Positions 38,188 through 51,190 of a stretch of 64,000 nt of DNA are shown here, piece after piece. Position 1 is the stretch's first letter; every line of letters begins with the position of its first letter. This DNA comes from Carcharhinus longimanus. Taxonomy: Eukaryota. A program made the translations under genes and the position numbers. The stretch covers positions 44,810,586-44,874,585 of the forward strand of contig JASCQW010000072.1 in NCBI GenBank assembly GCA_030264375.1, read 5' to 3'. The notes under the pieces were generated by a model. The model worked only from the letters and a program-made list of their open reading frames with translations, was not told where the DNA came from and did no database searches.

Positions 38188-39497
38188 TGTTGGGAAAACA
38201 AATGTAGTTTTAAGGGATTTATATTTGTATCAAGATTAGAAATGAGGAATAGTTTTAAGTGGGTTTAATTTAATGTTTCTGTGCCTGGAAGGGTAAACCC
38301 TATAGTTAGATTTATGGTGGACCAATGTGGTTGTATGTGTGGGGTTTAGTTAAGTTCCAATGCGTTTCCACTGTGCTCAGAGAAGGTTAAGGTGTGGAGA
38401 ATAAATAAACCAGCAAAGGCTGCTTGGCAATTGGGCCTTGTAAGGTAGAAAAGCTTTTAAGTTTTATTTTAGCTAACTTGACTGAAGTTGCAGATAGATA
38501 ATGAGAGAGAAGGCAGCTCTCACAGCTTTGCTCGAAAGTTGGTTTTTGAAAGCTAAAGAAGGAACATCTCTCTCAACCTTGCTAGAAGAAAAGCCACACT
38601 ATGGAATAATGGTTAAAAAAGTAAATGCTGGAAATCTAAAGTCTAAGTTTCGAATTAAAGAAACTAGAAAAATGGAAAGAAGTGTTCAAAAAGTCTGCAG
38701 TTAAGAGAAGAGAGACCCAAGATATTATTCAGAACAAATCAAGGAAAAGTAAATAAAAGATTCTGAGTTAGAGACAATTACAGTAACCAGTAAGCAGCCT
38801 TCAAAAGTAAACCAAATATCTAATGCAAGAAGTCTAGGGATTGACAGTTAAAGTAATTTGCACCGTAGTCAAGATGTATAAATCTTACAGGGGTTGGTGT
38901 AAAATCCTAGACTGAATTCGCTGTTAATAGTGGATGGAAGCTTTGTTTAAATGTATAATTTGGAAAATCTGGTCTGGATTTCAGAATGCAAATCGCTGAG
39001 AAAAAGCATACTAATGAGAGAATGTTGCTATGAGACTTCCTCCCTTATAAGAGGAGATTGCTTATGAGAGAAGAGTTTGGAAACCTCTCACATGATGATC
39101 ATCTGGGGTTGGGGGGGGCGAGGTTCCTGAGGAGACATCCACAAACATTCACTTTGGGTTCAGAGCGGAGAGTGTATCTGCCCTGTCAACTTGTCTGTTC
39201 AAATGGGACTGCCGAGTATCATAGTTTAAAATGTAATTTGAAATCCATGTTAATCTTAAAATTGGTAACATGGTGGGGAGGAGGGGGCAGGTGTGGTGGA
39301 GGGGGAGAGAATTAAAAGGGTATTGTCTAATAATCTAACTTTTCAAGTTTAATAAATGTTTTTTCTTCTTATTAAAACTAATTAGTGATCACGTGACTGT
39401 GTTCCTCCACGTTTTATTTTAATAAAGTTATAGTCTTTTCAGCCAAGGTTCCATTCTGGAATCTTCTTGTCCAGTTATGACATCACCTGGGATAACA
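38188..39497 (+). mobile_element. Probable long solo LTR nested in an oppositely oriented LTR-like repeat (about 37925-40565)
   Basis: TGT...ACA termini and AATAAA at about 39351 and 39421. The flank carries a minus-strand AATAAA near 38053. No clean TSD seen. Confidence 0.4.
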
Positions 39498-41177
39498 TTA
39501 TCTTTACAGACATAAAGCTCCAATGAAGTTTTTGCACCATCTCAACATCAAGACTTTTTGCTTGGGCTAATCCAATCTTTTGTCCTTTCAGTATAGTCCA
39601 AGTATTCACTAGATGCTTTTTCCCCAGCTGGTATCTCTCCCCCAGTTCCCCCCAAAAAATGTGATTTGAACTCACTATTACTTAAATTTCAGAACAAACG
39701 TATGAGTTCTCTCAACTCGATTCCACAGCAGTCTCAAAGCATTCTCACTACAGAGCTTAGAAATTCTGCCTTTGTTCTCTGGCAGACATAGGCTGACTAC
39801 CCTACCCTTTTGTCTTTCCTCGAGTCCATGTGTGTCGCTGGACCTTTGCCACAAGGCAACAGCACAGATTTTTCTACTTTAAAAAAAAATCACCAACTTA
39901 TTAACTCCTTTGCAATCCATCTCTTAACTTTAAGGGTTGCAAAACCTCATTAAAACTGCATGTATACAAACAGGACCCCCAGACTTACCACACCAAGCTC
40001 ACAAAAACCTCAAAATGAAACTAGAACCATGTTTAATCTTTCTTAACACAGAAACATATATAAACTAGACTTGAAGTTTCCTTGACAAAGCCTATATGAA
40101 TGAGTATTAACAGGCTTGGAAGGAGTAGGAATGGTTTTGTGTTGGTGCAGGTATCTCTGAGAAAGGGGAGATCTATCTCATCAGTGCTCTCCCATTCAGG
40201 AATAGACTGCCCCAAGTACAGCTCAACAGGTGTCTCTCAGCGTTACTCTGTCTGCACTAATCAAAATTCTCTTCACTCACTGGCTGCCATGTGTTCTTTA
40301 AGATCATTGTTTAATACAGGCTATTCACCTGTATTGTGCATCACATGCAAGGCTAACTTTGTCATCTTCCAATCTCATCCAATTTTTTAGCAGGGGCTAC
40401 TGGATAGCAAGGAGTGAGAATCGTGGCAGATTTTTCTCTCTCTCTAGAATAGGAATACTAAAACCAATTATAGAGAGCTAACTATTATCTGGCTCAGATC
40501 AACCTACTTTAGGTGAATTTAGAAATAAACCTTTCAACACCTGCTCTCAATGTCTTTCTACCACACCACATAATGTAGTTATGGATTACATTTGTTCCTC
40601 CAATCCCACCCCCCACCACCACCACTTTTTAAATTAGCTATCTCTTCTAAACTCTTTTCCATTTTTAAAATATTTCCTTAGGTGCTTAAAATAGGGGTCC
40701 AAAAGAGTTAAGCAGCCCTTTTGCCCAAATGGACATTCATTATGTCTCAACCAAAACACAAGAAGGTATTGCAAATGAGCACCCTTCTATTCTCACCTTA
40801 CATGTACACAATCTCCCCATCAAGGGTTTGTTGCACAAAAATCAGGGCAAGAACCCTGGCTGACTTTTCTCCCGATAGTTAAGATGACTTTAGGCTAATT
40901 GGGGCACAATACTGAGAACTGGCTAAGGTTCAGCCTGGATGCTTTGTGGTCACACTGAGAACAGAAATAGCAAAATCACCATCACAGGCCAATTCCACTC
41001 AGTTCCACAGCTTCAACATTTTGGATAAGCACAGCTTCAAGTCAAAAGTCCTGCAATTCCCTAATACCAAACACCATAATGGGAACTTGTGGCAATTTGT
41101 AGAGAAGGCCAATGCCGCCACCTGCTCAAAGCAACCAGGAAGGAGAAACAAATCTAATCTCTCCAGTGTCCTTCTCC

Positions 41178-41271
41178 AGGGACCGGATGGAATGAATCCC
41201 AGGGTTCTGAAAGAAATGGCAGAGGTGATAGCGGATGCCTTCGTAATTATTTATCAAAATTCGCTGGACTC
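41178..41271 (+). mobile_element. CR1 ORF2 fragment upstream of the RT core
   Basis: GPDGMNPRVLKEMAEVIADAFVIIYQNSLD, running into a gap. Confidence 0.8.
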
Positions 41272-41371
41272 NNNNNNNNNNNNNNNNNNNNNNNNNNNNN
41301 NNNNNNNNNNNNNNNNNNNNNNNNNNNNNNNNNNNNNNNNNNNNNNNNNNNNNNNNNNNNNNNNNNNNNNN

Positions 41372-41710
41372 TCTACACTTCCTGCTGCCTCAGCAAAGCA
41401 GCCAGCATAATTAAGGACCCCACACACCCTGGACATTCTCTCTTCCACTTTCTTTCATCAGGAAAAGGGCAAAGGTCTGAGGCCACGTACCAACTGCCTC
41501 AAGAACAGCTTCTTCCCTGCTGCTATCAGACTTTTGAATGGATCTTGCATTAAGTTGATCTTTCTCTACACCCTAGCTGGACTGTAACACTACATTCTGC
41601 ACTCTCTCCTTCCCTTCTCTATGAATGGTATGCTCTGTCTGTATAATGTGCAAGAAGAAATACATTTCATTGTATGTTAATACGTGTGACAAAAATAAAT
41701 CAATTCAAAA
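41372..41710 (+). mobile_element. Rex1/Babar-like LINE 3' end
   Basis: AASIIKDPTHPGHSLF...LKNSFFPAAIRLLN-type C-terminus. Same tail as 19800-19992. Confidence 0.75.
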
Positions 41711-42051
41711 GTCATCATCAGTTGCTTAATCCTTAGATTAAGGAATGATCTTTTTAGATGAGAAAACTCCAAATTCACTCTATGATTCCAGAAGGGTGGG
41801 AGAAACCAGGTAACTTCAGAATTGTCTTTTTAACATCAGTTATAGTGAGGTTAATGGCATCTATCATCATCACATAATACCTGAGCACTTGGTCAATTGG
41901 TGAAGAAGAGTCAGATTGGATTTGTGGAGCATAGGTCATGCCTGACCAATTAAACTGATGTTTTTGGAAAGGTTATTAACATAGTGGATAGGGGAACGTT
42001 CACAGATGTTCTGTACAGAGAGGGAAATTTCATTTTTTGCAGAACAGAACA

Positions 42052-42445
42052 AAAAAGGGGGGATGTTATAGAGACGTATAAGATAATGAAAGGGATGGAT
42101 AGAGTGGAGGTAGAGAGACTTTTCCCGCTTAGGAAGGATAGCAGGATTAGAGGGCACAGCCCTAAGATAAAGGGGGGGCAGTTTAGGGAGTTGAGGAGGA
42201 ACTTCTTCACTCAAAGGGTGGTGAATCTGTAGAATTCTCTGCCCATTGAAGTGGTGGAGGCTACATCGTTGAATATATTTAAGTCACGGGTAGATAGATT
42301 TCTGATAGGCAAGGGAATTAAGGGTTATGGGGAGAAAGCAGGAAAGTGGAACTGATCCACTTCAGATCAGCCATGATCTTATTGAATGGCGGGGCAGGCT
42401 CGAAGGGCTAGATGGCCTAATCCTGCTCCTATTTCTTATGTTCTT
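42052..42445 (+). mobile_element. Relatively young CR1 LINE 3' end
   Basis: RGDVIETYKIMKGMDRVEVERLFPL...RNFFTQRVVNL plus the CR1 tail. An older CR1 RT fragment lies just upstream at 41785-42010. Confidence 0.88.
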
Positions 42446-42786
42446 CTGTGTCTATTACATCCTCACAACAAAAGTTTAACAAGTGTATTCACAAAATTCT
42501 TACCATGCTCTTTTATACTTAGAGCAGATCAAACATTGCTACCCATTTATAAAATCATACAGAACATCATACATTTAGCTCATGATGGCTGATCCAGCTA
42601 TTTGAAAGATCTATATAATGAATTCCATACTCCTGCTCTTTCCAACACTGTTACATGTTTTTTTTCCTCTTTAGGCAGCACTTTCCGGACCACAATGGCT
42701 TAAAAAAGGTCTTCCAGTTTATCTTACCAGTTAATTCAAATCTTGTCCTCAGTCAGCCTATTGACTCTCTTGCGAATGGAAATAAA

Positions 42787-43844
42787 GGCCAGGATTCTCC
42801 GATCGCGACCCACAACTTTCCTGATGGGTCGAGGTGGGAGATGTGCGTTGCCAGCCTTGTATTGGGATTTGCGCATGCGCCGGGAACGCATGAGCATTTC
42901 CCAGAGCTGGCGAACAGTCCCCAGTCAGACCACGCTGGAAACTGGCAGGGAGATAAGTAAGTAATTTGAATCTTTTTAAAATGTATCTTAAACATGTTTA
43001 GTAGATCATTATCGGGAATTTTCAGGTCACGAATGAATTTCCCACCCCGCCAGGCGTACTGCATTCCGACGGGGTTCAGACTAGCTCCCCACGTTCAGGA
43101 AGTAGCGGGAGACCCCGCTGGAATGAAGGGGGACAATCCCCAGGGTATCGAGTGGCAGAGGGGTGGTGCCCCCTGGGCATGGACCCACTGGTAGTGCCAG
43201 CCTTTGCCCCCTGGTACTGCCCAAGGGGCACCCTGGCATTGCCCATTGGGCATCAGGCAGTGCCAAGGGGGCAGGGCCTATTGTGGGTGGGACCTAGGGG
43301 CAATCGGTGGGGGTGGGGTGTTCTGCGGTCACTCTGTAGACAGGATTGGTCTCCGATGGAGGGAGGCAATGNNNNNNNNNNNNNNNNNNNNNNNNNNNNN
43401 NNNNNNNNNNNNNNNNNNNNNNNNNNNNNNNNNNNNNNNNNNNNNNNNNNNNNNNNNNNNNNNNNNNNNNNNNNNNNNNNNNNNNNNNNNNNNNNNNNNN
43501 NNNNNNNNNNNNNNNNNNNNNNNNNNNNNNNNNNNNNNNNNNNNNNNNNNNNNNNNNNNNNNNNNNNNNNNNNNNNNNNNNNNNNNNNNNNNNNNNNNNN
43601 NNNNNNNNNNNNNNNNNNNNNNNNNNNNNNNNNNNNNNNNNNNNNNNNNNNNNNNNNNNNNNTCCAGAACAGTCAGATTCTGGCGCAGATAGGACCCACC
43701 CCCCCAGGATTTCAATGAGATTCCCGATTGGGACCTCTTCAGAGCACAGAGTGTGGAGATTCAGGTGAGAAGTTGAACTGACAAAACAGTTGGGATTTAG
43801 AACAGTTTTCCCCCCAATTCGGCACTTTTGGGAGAATCGTGGCC
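42787..43844. mobile_element. GC-rich non-autonomous PIF/Harbinger-like DNA transposon spanning a gap
   Basis: TIRs ggccaggattctcc / ggagaatcgtggcc match at 13 of 14 positions. Flanks are AAA and AAT. Confidence 0.65.
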
Positions 43845-43869
43845 AATTTTTCCAATCTATTCAAAATTA

Positions 43870-44215
43870 TTCACCATTTTCAGTTCCTTTGTCAAATCTT
43901 CCCTTAACCTTCTTTGCTGTAAGGGATCTATGTTAGTTTCTCTGGTCTCCCCATAGAACTAAAGCTCCGCATCCCCAGATATAATTCCAGTAAATCATTT
44001 CTGTGGACATGTCCTTGACATCCTTCCTAAAATGGTGCCCAGAATTTGACACTGTACTCCATTGAGAGCTAACCAGTGATTTATAAAGGTTAAGCACAGC
44101 TTCCTTGCTTTCATACTGTAAATAAAGCACAGGATCCCATCTATTTTCACAGCCTTCTCAACTTCTGCTACCTTCAGCCATATCTTCACATTTACCCCTC
44201 CCCAAGACTTACCGT
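43870..44215 (-). mobile_element. CR1 LINE fragment
   Basis: YESKEAVLNLYKSLV...HFRKDVK on the minus strand. Confidence 0.7.
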
Positions 44216-45829
44216 GCTTGTGCAATTTAACTAATATTGCCTTATTCTTTACATTAAAATGTTACGCTCTTTGGAATGCATTTTTCAACTGTATTTTGGT
44301 GTTACTGCACATTTGCATTTCAAGGAATTTCGGCAAATAATAAAAAGAAACAACCCTGTTAAGAAGCAAGCTATTGAAAAGAAATTAAATGCATTAGCTT
44401 AGTCTCACCAATGTGTTAGAGTGTGAGTTAACACTCACTAATATATCCGGATGCTCTTATTTGTGTTGATAATCATCAACATATAATTTGATAACATTTT
44501 CAGTTTTTCGCCAATTAGCACACCCATGTCAATTTCTTGCTCCACATTATTCAACAATATACTTTCCATTGTGTATTCACATTTACTATTTTTAGCTCCA
44601 ATGCGTTTCACTTTACATTTCTCATGAGATGGTGTTAATATGCCTAACTGTTAAATCTCTGTAGATCTTGTTCAATTATATATCTCTCCACAGAACATGC
44701 CATTTACCAATGATACATTATATAATTCTCCTCCACTTTCAATACTCATTTTAACATTATTATTAGGAACAAAAAGAATCTTTTCACAAAACCCTGGCAA
44801 ATTTGATATTTATGGTCTCCAAGCGGTATTGACAAATGCATCACCAATCTTTGTCACCAATTTATTAGCAAACTTACAATTCCTTCTCAATCCTAAACCA
44901 TTCAATTTTATTCATAAGTCTTATATGGAGGAATTTATTCAATGTGTTCTGGATTTAAAGTTCCATCCAATCATCCAACAACTCTAACGCCCAGAGATTT
45001 CAATTTTTTAAAGATGTGACCCCAATCTTTTAAAAACCCATTTGATTTCACTTTATTTATTTGCTTGGCTAAAAATTCCAATAATTATCAGACTGCAAAT
45101 AGATCTCAGGTTAATTTGTGGCATTGCAATGTTGACCTTTGTCTGAAGATTGCCTATACCTGAAGGGTTCCCCAGTCATAAGTATCACAATGAAGCATTT
45201 ATGCCTCTTTATTGTTATATTTTATCTTAATTTCTTCAAGTGTTCATCAACATAGCCTAGTGCTTTAGAAGGACTTCAGAAACAGATGGATAGCAATCCC
45301 CAGTTGGAAAGTTTCTGAAGGCTGATCCATCATCTTCATGTTTTGTCTTACAGCCAATTGATTTTCTCCTCTCAAGTAGGAGAAAAATCAAAACATCTCT
45401 TAAAGTTTTTTTTGAGGAGAAAGTAAGTCAGATTTAAGCCATTTACTGAGTGACCTTTTCCTATTTATCCTTGAAATCCCTGTAGTTCACCCTATTTTTT
45501 TCTTGTTTCATTGTTTATAATAGTATTGAATATTGAATTTAATGATAGGATGATAGGTGCTTCACAATGCTTCTTAGTTTCTTCAAAAATGTAGCTTTCT
45601 CTCTCATGTATCCTTCATTGTGCTGCTTTATTCTGAAGTTGAATTACACTGACAACCAATTTAAGATTGTCAGTTGGATTCACAGTATGATGCATTTGTG
45701 TGTAACGGAAGTTACATGCAGTTATACACAAGCCCCTGTGCTTTGCAAGCAGAAAGAGAATGCACACACAATGTGTCTGTTTCATCTGAACAAAATGCAT
45801 GACAGCTGACTCATTCCTCAGGACCATGT

Positions 45830-46046
45830 CTTGACCAATTAGGGTCAAAGTTTAAACTTCAGACAATGTTTGGCAGTTAACTGTTCATCACAATCAACTA
45901 CTGCATTCTCCATTGCAATGTTTCTACAAAGTCTACTTGCCAACCAATCAGCATTCTCTCCTCTACAGTAAAATTATTGTTTTCCCCTTATACCGGTATT
46001 TTTGCAAAATGTCCTGACGAATGCAAAAGAAAAAGCTTTGAATGTC
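45830..46046 (+). mobile_element. Penelope-like 3' fragment with degenerate hammerhead-like core
   Basis: CCAATCAG followed by CTGACGA (46014-46020) and GAAAAAGCTTT. Confidence 0.45.
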
Positions 46047-46494
46047 AAGTTCTATATTACCAAACATTTATTTATTCCAAAGTATTTATACCTTTTTAAG
46101 ACAACTGCATCCATTCCTTTATCACTTATTTCATTTAATTAAAATCAATCCTAATTAATACTGTGTTTTTTCAATACAGTGGCCATTCACACCCTGCTGC
46201 CACTGCAAGGACAGAGAACTTGGTACTCAAGCAAATCTTCATTCATTGCAGCAGGAGCAGAGAATCCTGCTGGCATGAACTGCTGGAGAATTCCATCCCA
46301 TGCGTTATCTCTTTGCAAAATTCAAAATTAATCGCTTCCTTTCTAACTTTCAAATCCCAATACCTTGATTCTTTTACTGTGAGTATAATGTTTAGTGGAT
46401 CTTTATCTTAATACATGTGACTTTCTCTGCTCTAACTTCATCAGAAATTGGTACACTCCAATCTGGCCACGTAGGCTGAAAGCAAAATTACTAA

Positions 46495-47085
46495 AAGAAA
46501 GACTTAGTTTTGTATAACACTTCACAATAATCGGGTGTCTCAAACAGCTTTACAACCAATGAAGTACTTTCGTACTTTTTTGAGGTGCAGTCATTGTTAG
46601 ACATAGACATAGAATCCGACAGTGCAAGAGGAGGCCATTCAGCCTTTCAAGTCTGTACCGACCACAAACTCACCTAGGCCTTATCCCCATAGCATTTGCC
46701 CTAACCAGTCCCCCTGACACTAAGGCGCAATTTACCATGGCAAATCCACCTAACCCATACATCTTTAAACTGTGGGAGGAAACTGGAGGACCCGTAGGAA
46801 AGGCAGCAGCCAATTTGAGTACAGCAAACCCCCACATACAGTAATGTGTAATGACCAGATAATCTGTTTTTTTTTGTGTGTGATGTTGACTGACAGATAT
46901 CCAATGACCAAGCTATTGGTGTCAACTCCCCTGATCTTGTGAGAGGCCATGGAATCTTTAATATCCATCCAAACAGGTAGATGGAGCCTCAGTTTAATGT
47001 CTTGTTCAAGAAAAAGGCATCACCAACAGTTCAGTACTCCCTCCGTACTGCACTGGAGTGTCAGCCTGGACTATATGCATTGTTT
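46495..47085 (-). mobile_element. Deu-SINE (SacSINE-like) interrupted by a 5'-truncated HE1/V-SINE (about 46600-46793)
   Basis: Colinear with the uninterrupted copy at 56015-56405 on both sides of the HE1 fragment. Confidence 0.7.
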
Positions 47086-47332
47086 TTGAGTACAGACCAA
47101 ACTGTCTTTTAGCCAAGACAGCAAAGTGCCTTAAATTGGTAAGTATCATGTAAAGAATTTCTAAAAAATAAACACCACTCTCTATTTCCCAGTATATTTA
47201 GGTGCAAATCAAATAACAACAATCCTTCTTGAGAAATCGGAATACAGGATAAATAACTGAGTGACATTTATTGGCAGATGATGAATCTATTTAAAGAGGT
47301 GAGATTGTCAAATAGTGAAGGCATCCATTTAC

Positions 47333-47350
47333 CTGGTTCTTTTCCACTGG
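47333..47350 (-). CDS. CADPS2: 18-nt CADPS microexon CCAGTGGAAAAGAACCAG, reading (A)SGKEP(E)
   Basis: Branch-like tgctaat, long pyrimidine tract, aagcag acceptor and CAG|gtaaat donor. Phase 1 to 1, frame-preserving. Same position as the short ENQKDA insert recalled in mammalian CADPS. Confidence 0.7.
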
Positions 47351-47704
47351 CTGCTTGAAATGACAAAAAGGGTGTAGAAGGAAGAGAAAATAAATTAGCA
47401 ATGATTTAAAAAAATAATTAAAATCTATGTAAAACTATTTATTTAACAAAGCATCACAAGGGTACCGGAAAAGAGAACAGCTTTAGTGAAAGGTTTGCAG
47501 CTCTGGAAGGAGGTCCCATGAGGCAGATTAAGGCAATGAATAGAAAAGACTCTGCTGTTCACCAGCTGAGATTTTAATGAGGCATTTGCATCTGCAGAGG
47601 CTTGGGTTTGTTCAATGGGAAAGAAAGACTTGTGACAAAGTGTTCAGTTAATGGACTCAATTGGCTCTCTGTGCCACATGGATAGCTATATCAAACATAC
47701 CAAC

Positions 47705-47828
47705 CTTCTATTTTGGCATACTCTGAAAGGTGAGAATAATTGATCAAAGCAGCCTTCTCTAGACACTTCCGTACCACTTTCTTGACATCTTCAGATGGCA
47801 CGGGGGTGGCAATGTCTTTCATTAGCAC
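47705..47828 (-). CDS. CADPS2: CADPS2-like exon: [41 protein letters not shown]
   Basis: CADPS motif. Acceptor tttgataaag, donor gttggt, 124 nt, phase 0 to 1. Confidence 0.95.
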
Positions 47829-48076
47829 CTTTATCAAAGAAAATAAGCAAATTTATAATAATTATATTTCTCGCATCTATTCTTTCCTCCCAACACACCC
47901 CCCCACCCTCTCCCACTTTCCACCAACGCTCTTTTGAAAAGATTGATTTGTGTTGAATTTTCTCTTTTGATTATTATCCAGTGACTGTACCTGGGTGTGA
48001 TAGCGAAAATTAACTGAGGACAGAATTTGGCTTGGTTGTGATGTGCACTGCAATTGAGCACATTGCAGCCACTTAT

Positions 48077-48381
48077 TGAATCTCTACAGCACAGGAGGCT
48101 ACTCGGCCCATTGAGTCTGTACCAACCACAATCCCACCCAGGCCCTATTCCCCTAACCCCACGCATTTACCCTGCTAATCCCCCTGATGCTAGGGTCAAC
48201 TTAGCATGGCCAATCAATCTAACCTGTATATCTTTGGACTGTGGAAGGAAACTGGAGCACCCAGAGAAAACCCACACCACATGGGGAGAAAGTGCAAACT
48301 CCACACAGACAGTCATCTAAGGCCAGAATTGAACCTGGGATCCTGACGCTGTGAAGCAGCAGTGCTAACCACTGTGCCACC
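48077..48381 (-). mobile_element. Full-length HE1/V-SINE-type SINE
   Basis: Reverse complement of the copies at 48948-49257 and 53175-53475. Confidence 0.85.
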
Positions 48382-48717
48382 CATTTACATTTCTCACTAT
48401 AGCTGCCATAATTAGCTCCCAAACTATTTCATGTCCAATGCCCAAAAACAACAAAGCAGCTATTGGAAAGTGGTAGAGAATTGGGTCATCAACAAGCTCA
48501 ATAGCTTGTCAATTAGTAATTCAGAATGACAGGCAGGTTTCCAATTTCCACACTCGCTCACCTCCCATAATTTCGGAGACTGGCTTGATGACATTGCATT
48601 GCAAAACCAATGTCATTACCCCCTATTTTACATTTGTATTTCAGGGTAGCCTACCTTATTTACCCATAAAGTAAGCTGATGATTTTTTTGCAGCCTGCCC
48701 TTTTAAGGTGCAGTTAC

Positions 48718-48946
48718 TGTAATTATTTCAACAAGGCCCAAGAGGTTAGCCTTTTGGAGAATGAGCTCTCTGATTGAGGTCATTATTGGCTGCCCAATCA
48801 GAAAGCTTCATCTGTATATAAATATGGGTGTGTCAAGTCCACTGCCACTCTGGATTCTGACTTTGTACCGGAATTACTTGAGTGACATGGAATTTGTAAA
48901 TAAAGAGAATCTGATGAAGAGATACTGGCCTCTGAGGTGTCATTTA
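48718..48946 (+). mobile_element. Probable short solo LTR
   Basis: TGTAA start, CCAAT, TATATAAA and TGTAAATAAAG. The 3' end resembles 160-212 and is cut by a SINE. Confidence 0.45.
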
Positions 48947-48947
48947 T

Positions 48948-49257
48948 GGCACCATGGTGGCTCAGTGTTAATACTGCTGCCTCACAGCACCAGGGACCCG
49001 GCTTGGGTCACTGTCTACGTGAAGCTTGTACATTCCCCCTGCGTATGCCTGGGTTTCCTCTGGTTGCTCCGGTTTCCTCCTATAGTCCAAAGATGTGCAG
49101 GTTAGGTGGATTGGCCATGCTAAATTGACTCTTAGTGTAAGGAGGACCAACCAGGGTATATACTTGGGGTTATGGGGACTGGACTTGGGTGGGATTGTGG
49201 TCAGTGCAGACTCGATGGGCCAAATGGCCTCCTCCTGCACTGTAGAATTCTATGATT
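48948..49257 (+). mobile_element. Full-length HE1/V-SINE-type SINE
   Basis: tRNA-like head, V-SINE-like core and CR1-like tail gactcgatgggccaaatggcct...ttctatgatt. Confidence 0.85.
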
Positions 49258-50149
49258 TTTAGTTAAGTTATTAGTTAAATGGAGTGGCAGGAGCGGTCAA
49301 ATTTACACAGGAGATAAAAAATTGTCCCATTCTCTAATGGATCTCATTTGAGCGCACTGAGGAGTCAATTGCAGACCTGACTCATGTTATGTTGCTGTGT
49401 TTATATTGGTCTTATATTGACAAAGTTTAATTTATTAGGCTTGCATTAACAGTGCGATGAAGTTACTGTGAAAATCCCCCAGGTAGAACATAACCAACTA
49501 CAACCTGACTTTGTGTGATAATGTGTAACAAAGGTGATGGTGTATTGGCAGCCTGTTTTATGGGATTGCACAAAATCAAAATTACCTACAAAGTATGATG
49601 ATTAGAACAAGAATTTGACAGCGTTTGGAATGATTGGGGATGGGAAAGCATTTGGTATGCTGTCAGGCAACATATTATTTGTAGCTTTGCATTGATTTGG
49701 ATTAGCAGAATGCTCAATCATTTAATTGTATAATGGTAGTCTGAGAAGTTTGCTGATTTGCATTTCATTTTTTTGTATCATGTGTAGACTACTGTGAAAT
49801 CTGAAATATGATTTCTGCATTAAAGTTAAATTACTTCTGAGTAGCTGCCAGTGAGCAGGCTACATTTTTTAATAAAATAACAGGAATATTTAAGATTACA
49901 AAATTGGACTGGAGAGTGAACTTATCATTCTGAATAGAAAATTGGACGGAGTTATTTAACCAAATACATTATTTATATTTTAACATTTTGAAGTTCTATA
50001 GTTTAGTTCAGTTTGGGCCTCCTGCTGTCTATGAAAGATGATGGACACACTGTAAACACATCTATTTCCAATGCACATTTGGTGCACCTTTGTCAATGGC
50101 TGAAGTGAGGCAATAGTTGAGAGACAGATTCTGCACAAGTGTCACATGT

Positions 50150-51190
50150 GAAGCTATCAGGTGTCATTGTGTGTTGTTTCTGGCATTGACATTATTTCCA
50201 AGCTGCTGTAGCTACTGGTAATCATGGTGGTATATGCCAGCCCAGGGAGGTCTCGCAATTTCCCATTGATCATCAGCTAGTGACTCCCAGACACCATAAT
50301 TGATGTCCAGGGCTTTCATGCCTCACCTCCGACAATCTTTGAAGCAGTGTTTTGGGCACCCTACTGATCATCTGGCTCCAGCTTCCATCTTGCGGACATG
50401 CCTAAGCCAACGAATTTGCCTTATTTATTGAGTGTTAACAAACTAGGAAGCCCTGCTTTTGAGTGGACTGCCACAATTGTGATGTTATCCTGCCTGGATA
50501 TACCCATAATGTGTCACAGACAGTGAAGATTGTTGAACTTCTTTTCTTGATACCTGTAAGTCATCCATGTTTCACAGCCAGGTGCTGAGAATACAGGCCT
50601 AAGGGGCAACTTGGTGTGGTTCCATGCATGTTTTGTGAGTCAACCAAAGGTGGCAGTGTATGTCTCAAGTCTTGCATCAAGGGACAGGTTGTCTGTCATC
50701 TTGAACTTGAGGTAGATGAATTTGCTAATCACTTCAAGAGGGGTGTTAATTAGTGTGACCAGGAGTGGAGATGCAACAGCTTGTCCCATGGTCGCACTTA
50801 TGGAAATGGTGTTGCTGAGCGACAGAGTTCACTCAGGGCACAAATGTCAAGAAGATGTAGTCTATTGTCATTGAGATATATTGGCCATGAATCAGTGTCA
50901 GCCCCACACGTGCACTGAAGTCACTCAGAATGAATAGCTTCTCGCCATTTGGAATGTTCCACAGAACGTGATTGGGGTGTTGTAGCAATGCTCTTTGTCT
51001 GAGATGCTGGCACACAGAGCTTGTGCATAAGAGCACTTGAGGTTGACCACACTTCCATCAGATGACTGTGCAGGGAGATGAGTCACTCTGAGGTTGTTAC
51101 TGGCAGCTTAATTGACAATGTCAGCCGCTTTCATACTGTGCAATAGCCATGCTCGCAGTGGCCTTTGATGCCCTTTCCATTCCAATTGAA
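50150..51190 (-). mobile_element. Degenerate RTE-clade LINE with internal deletions
   Basis: Minus-strand fragments GCETW, HIMGISRQDNIT and RWLRHVRKME are typical of the RTE ORF C-terminus. Confidence 0.6.
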
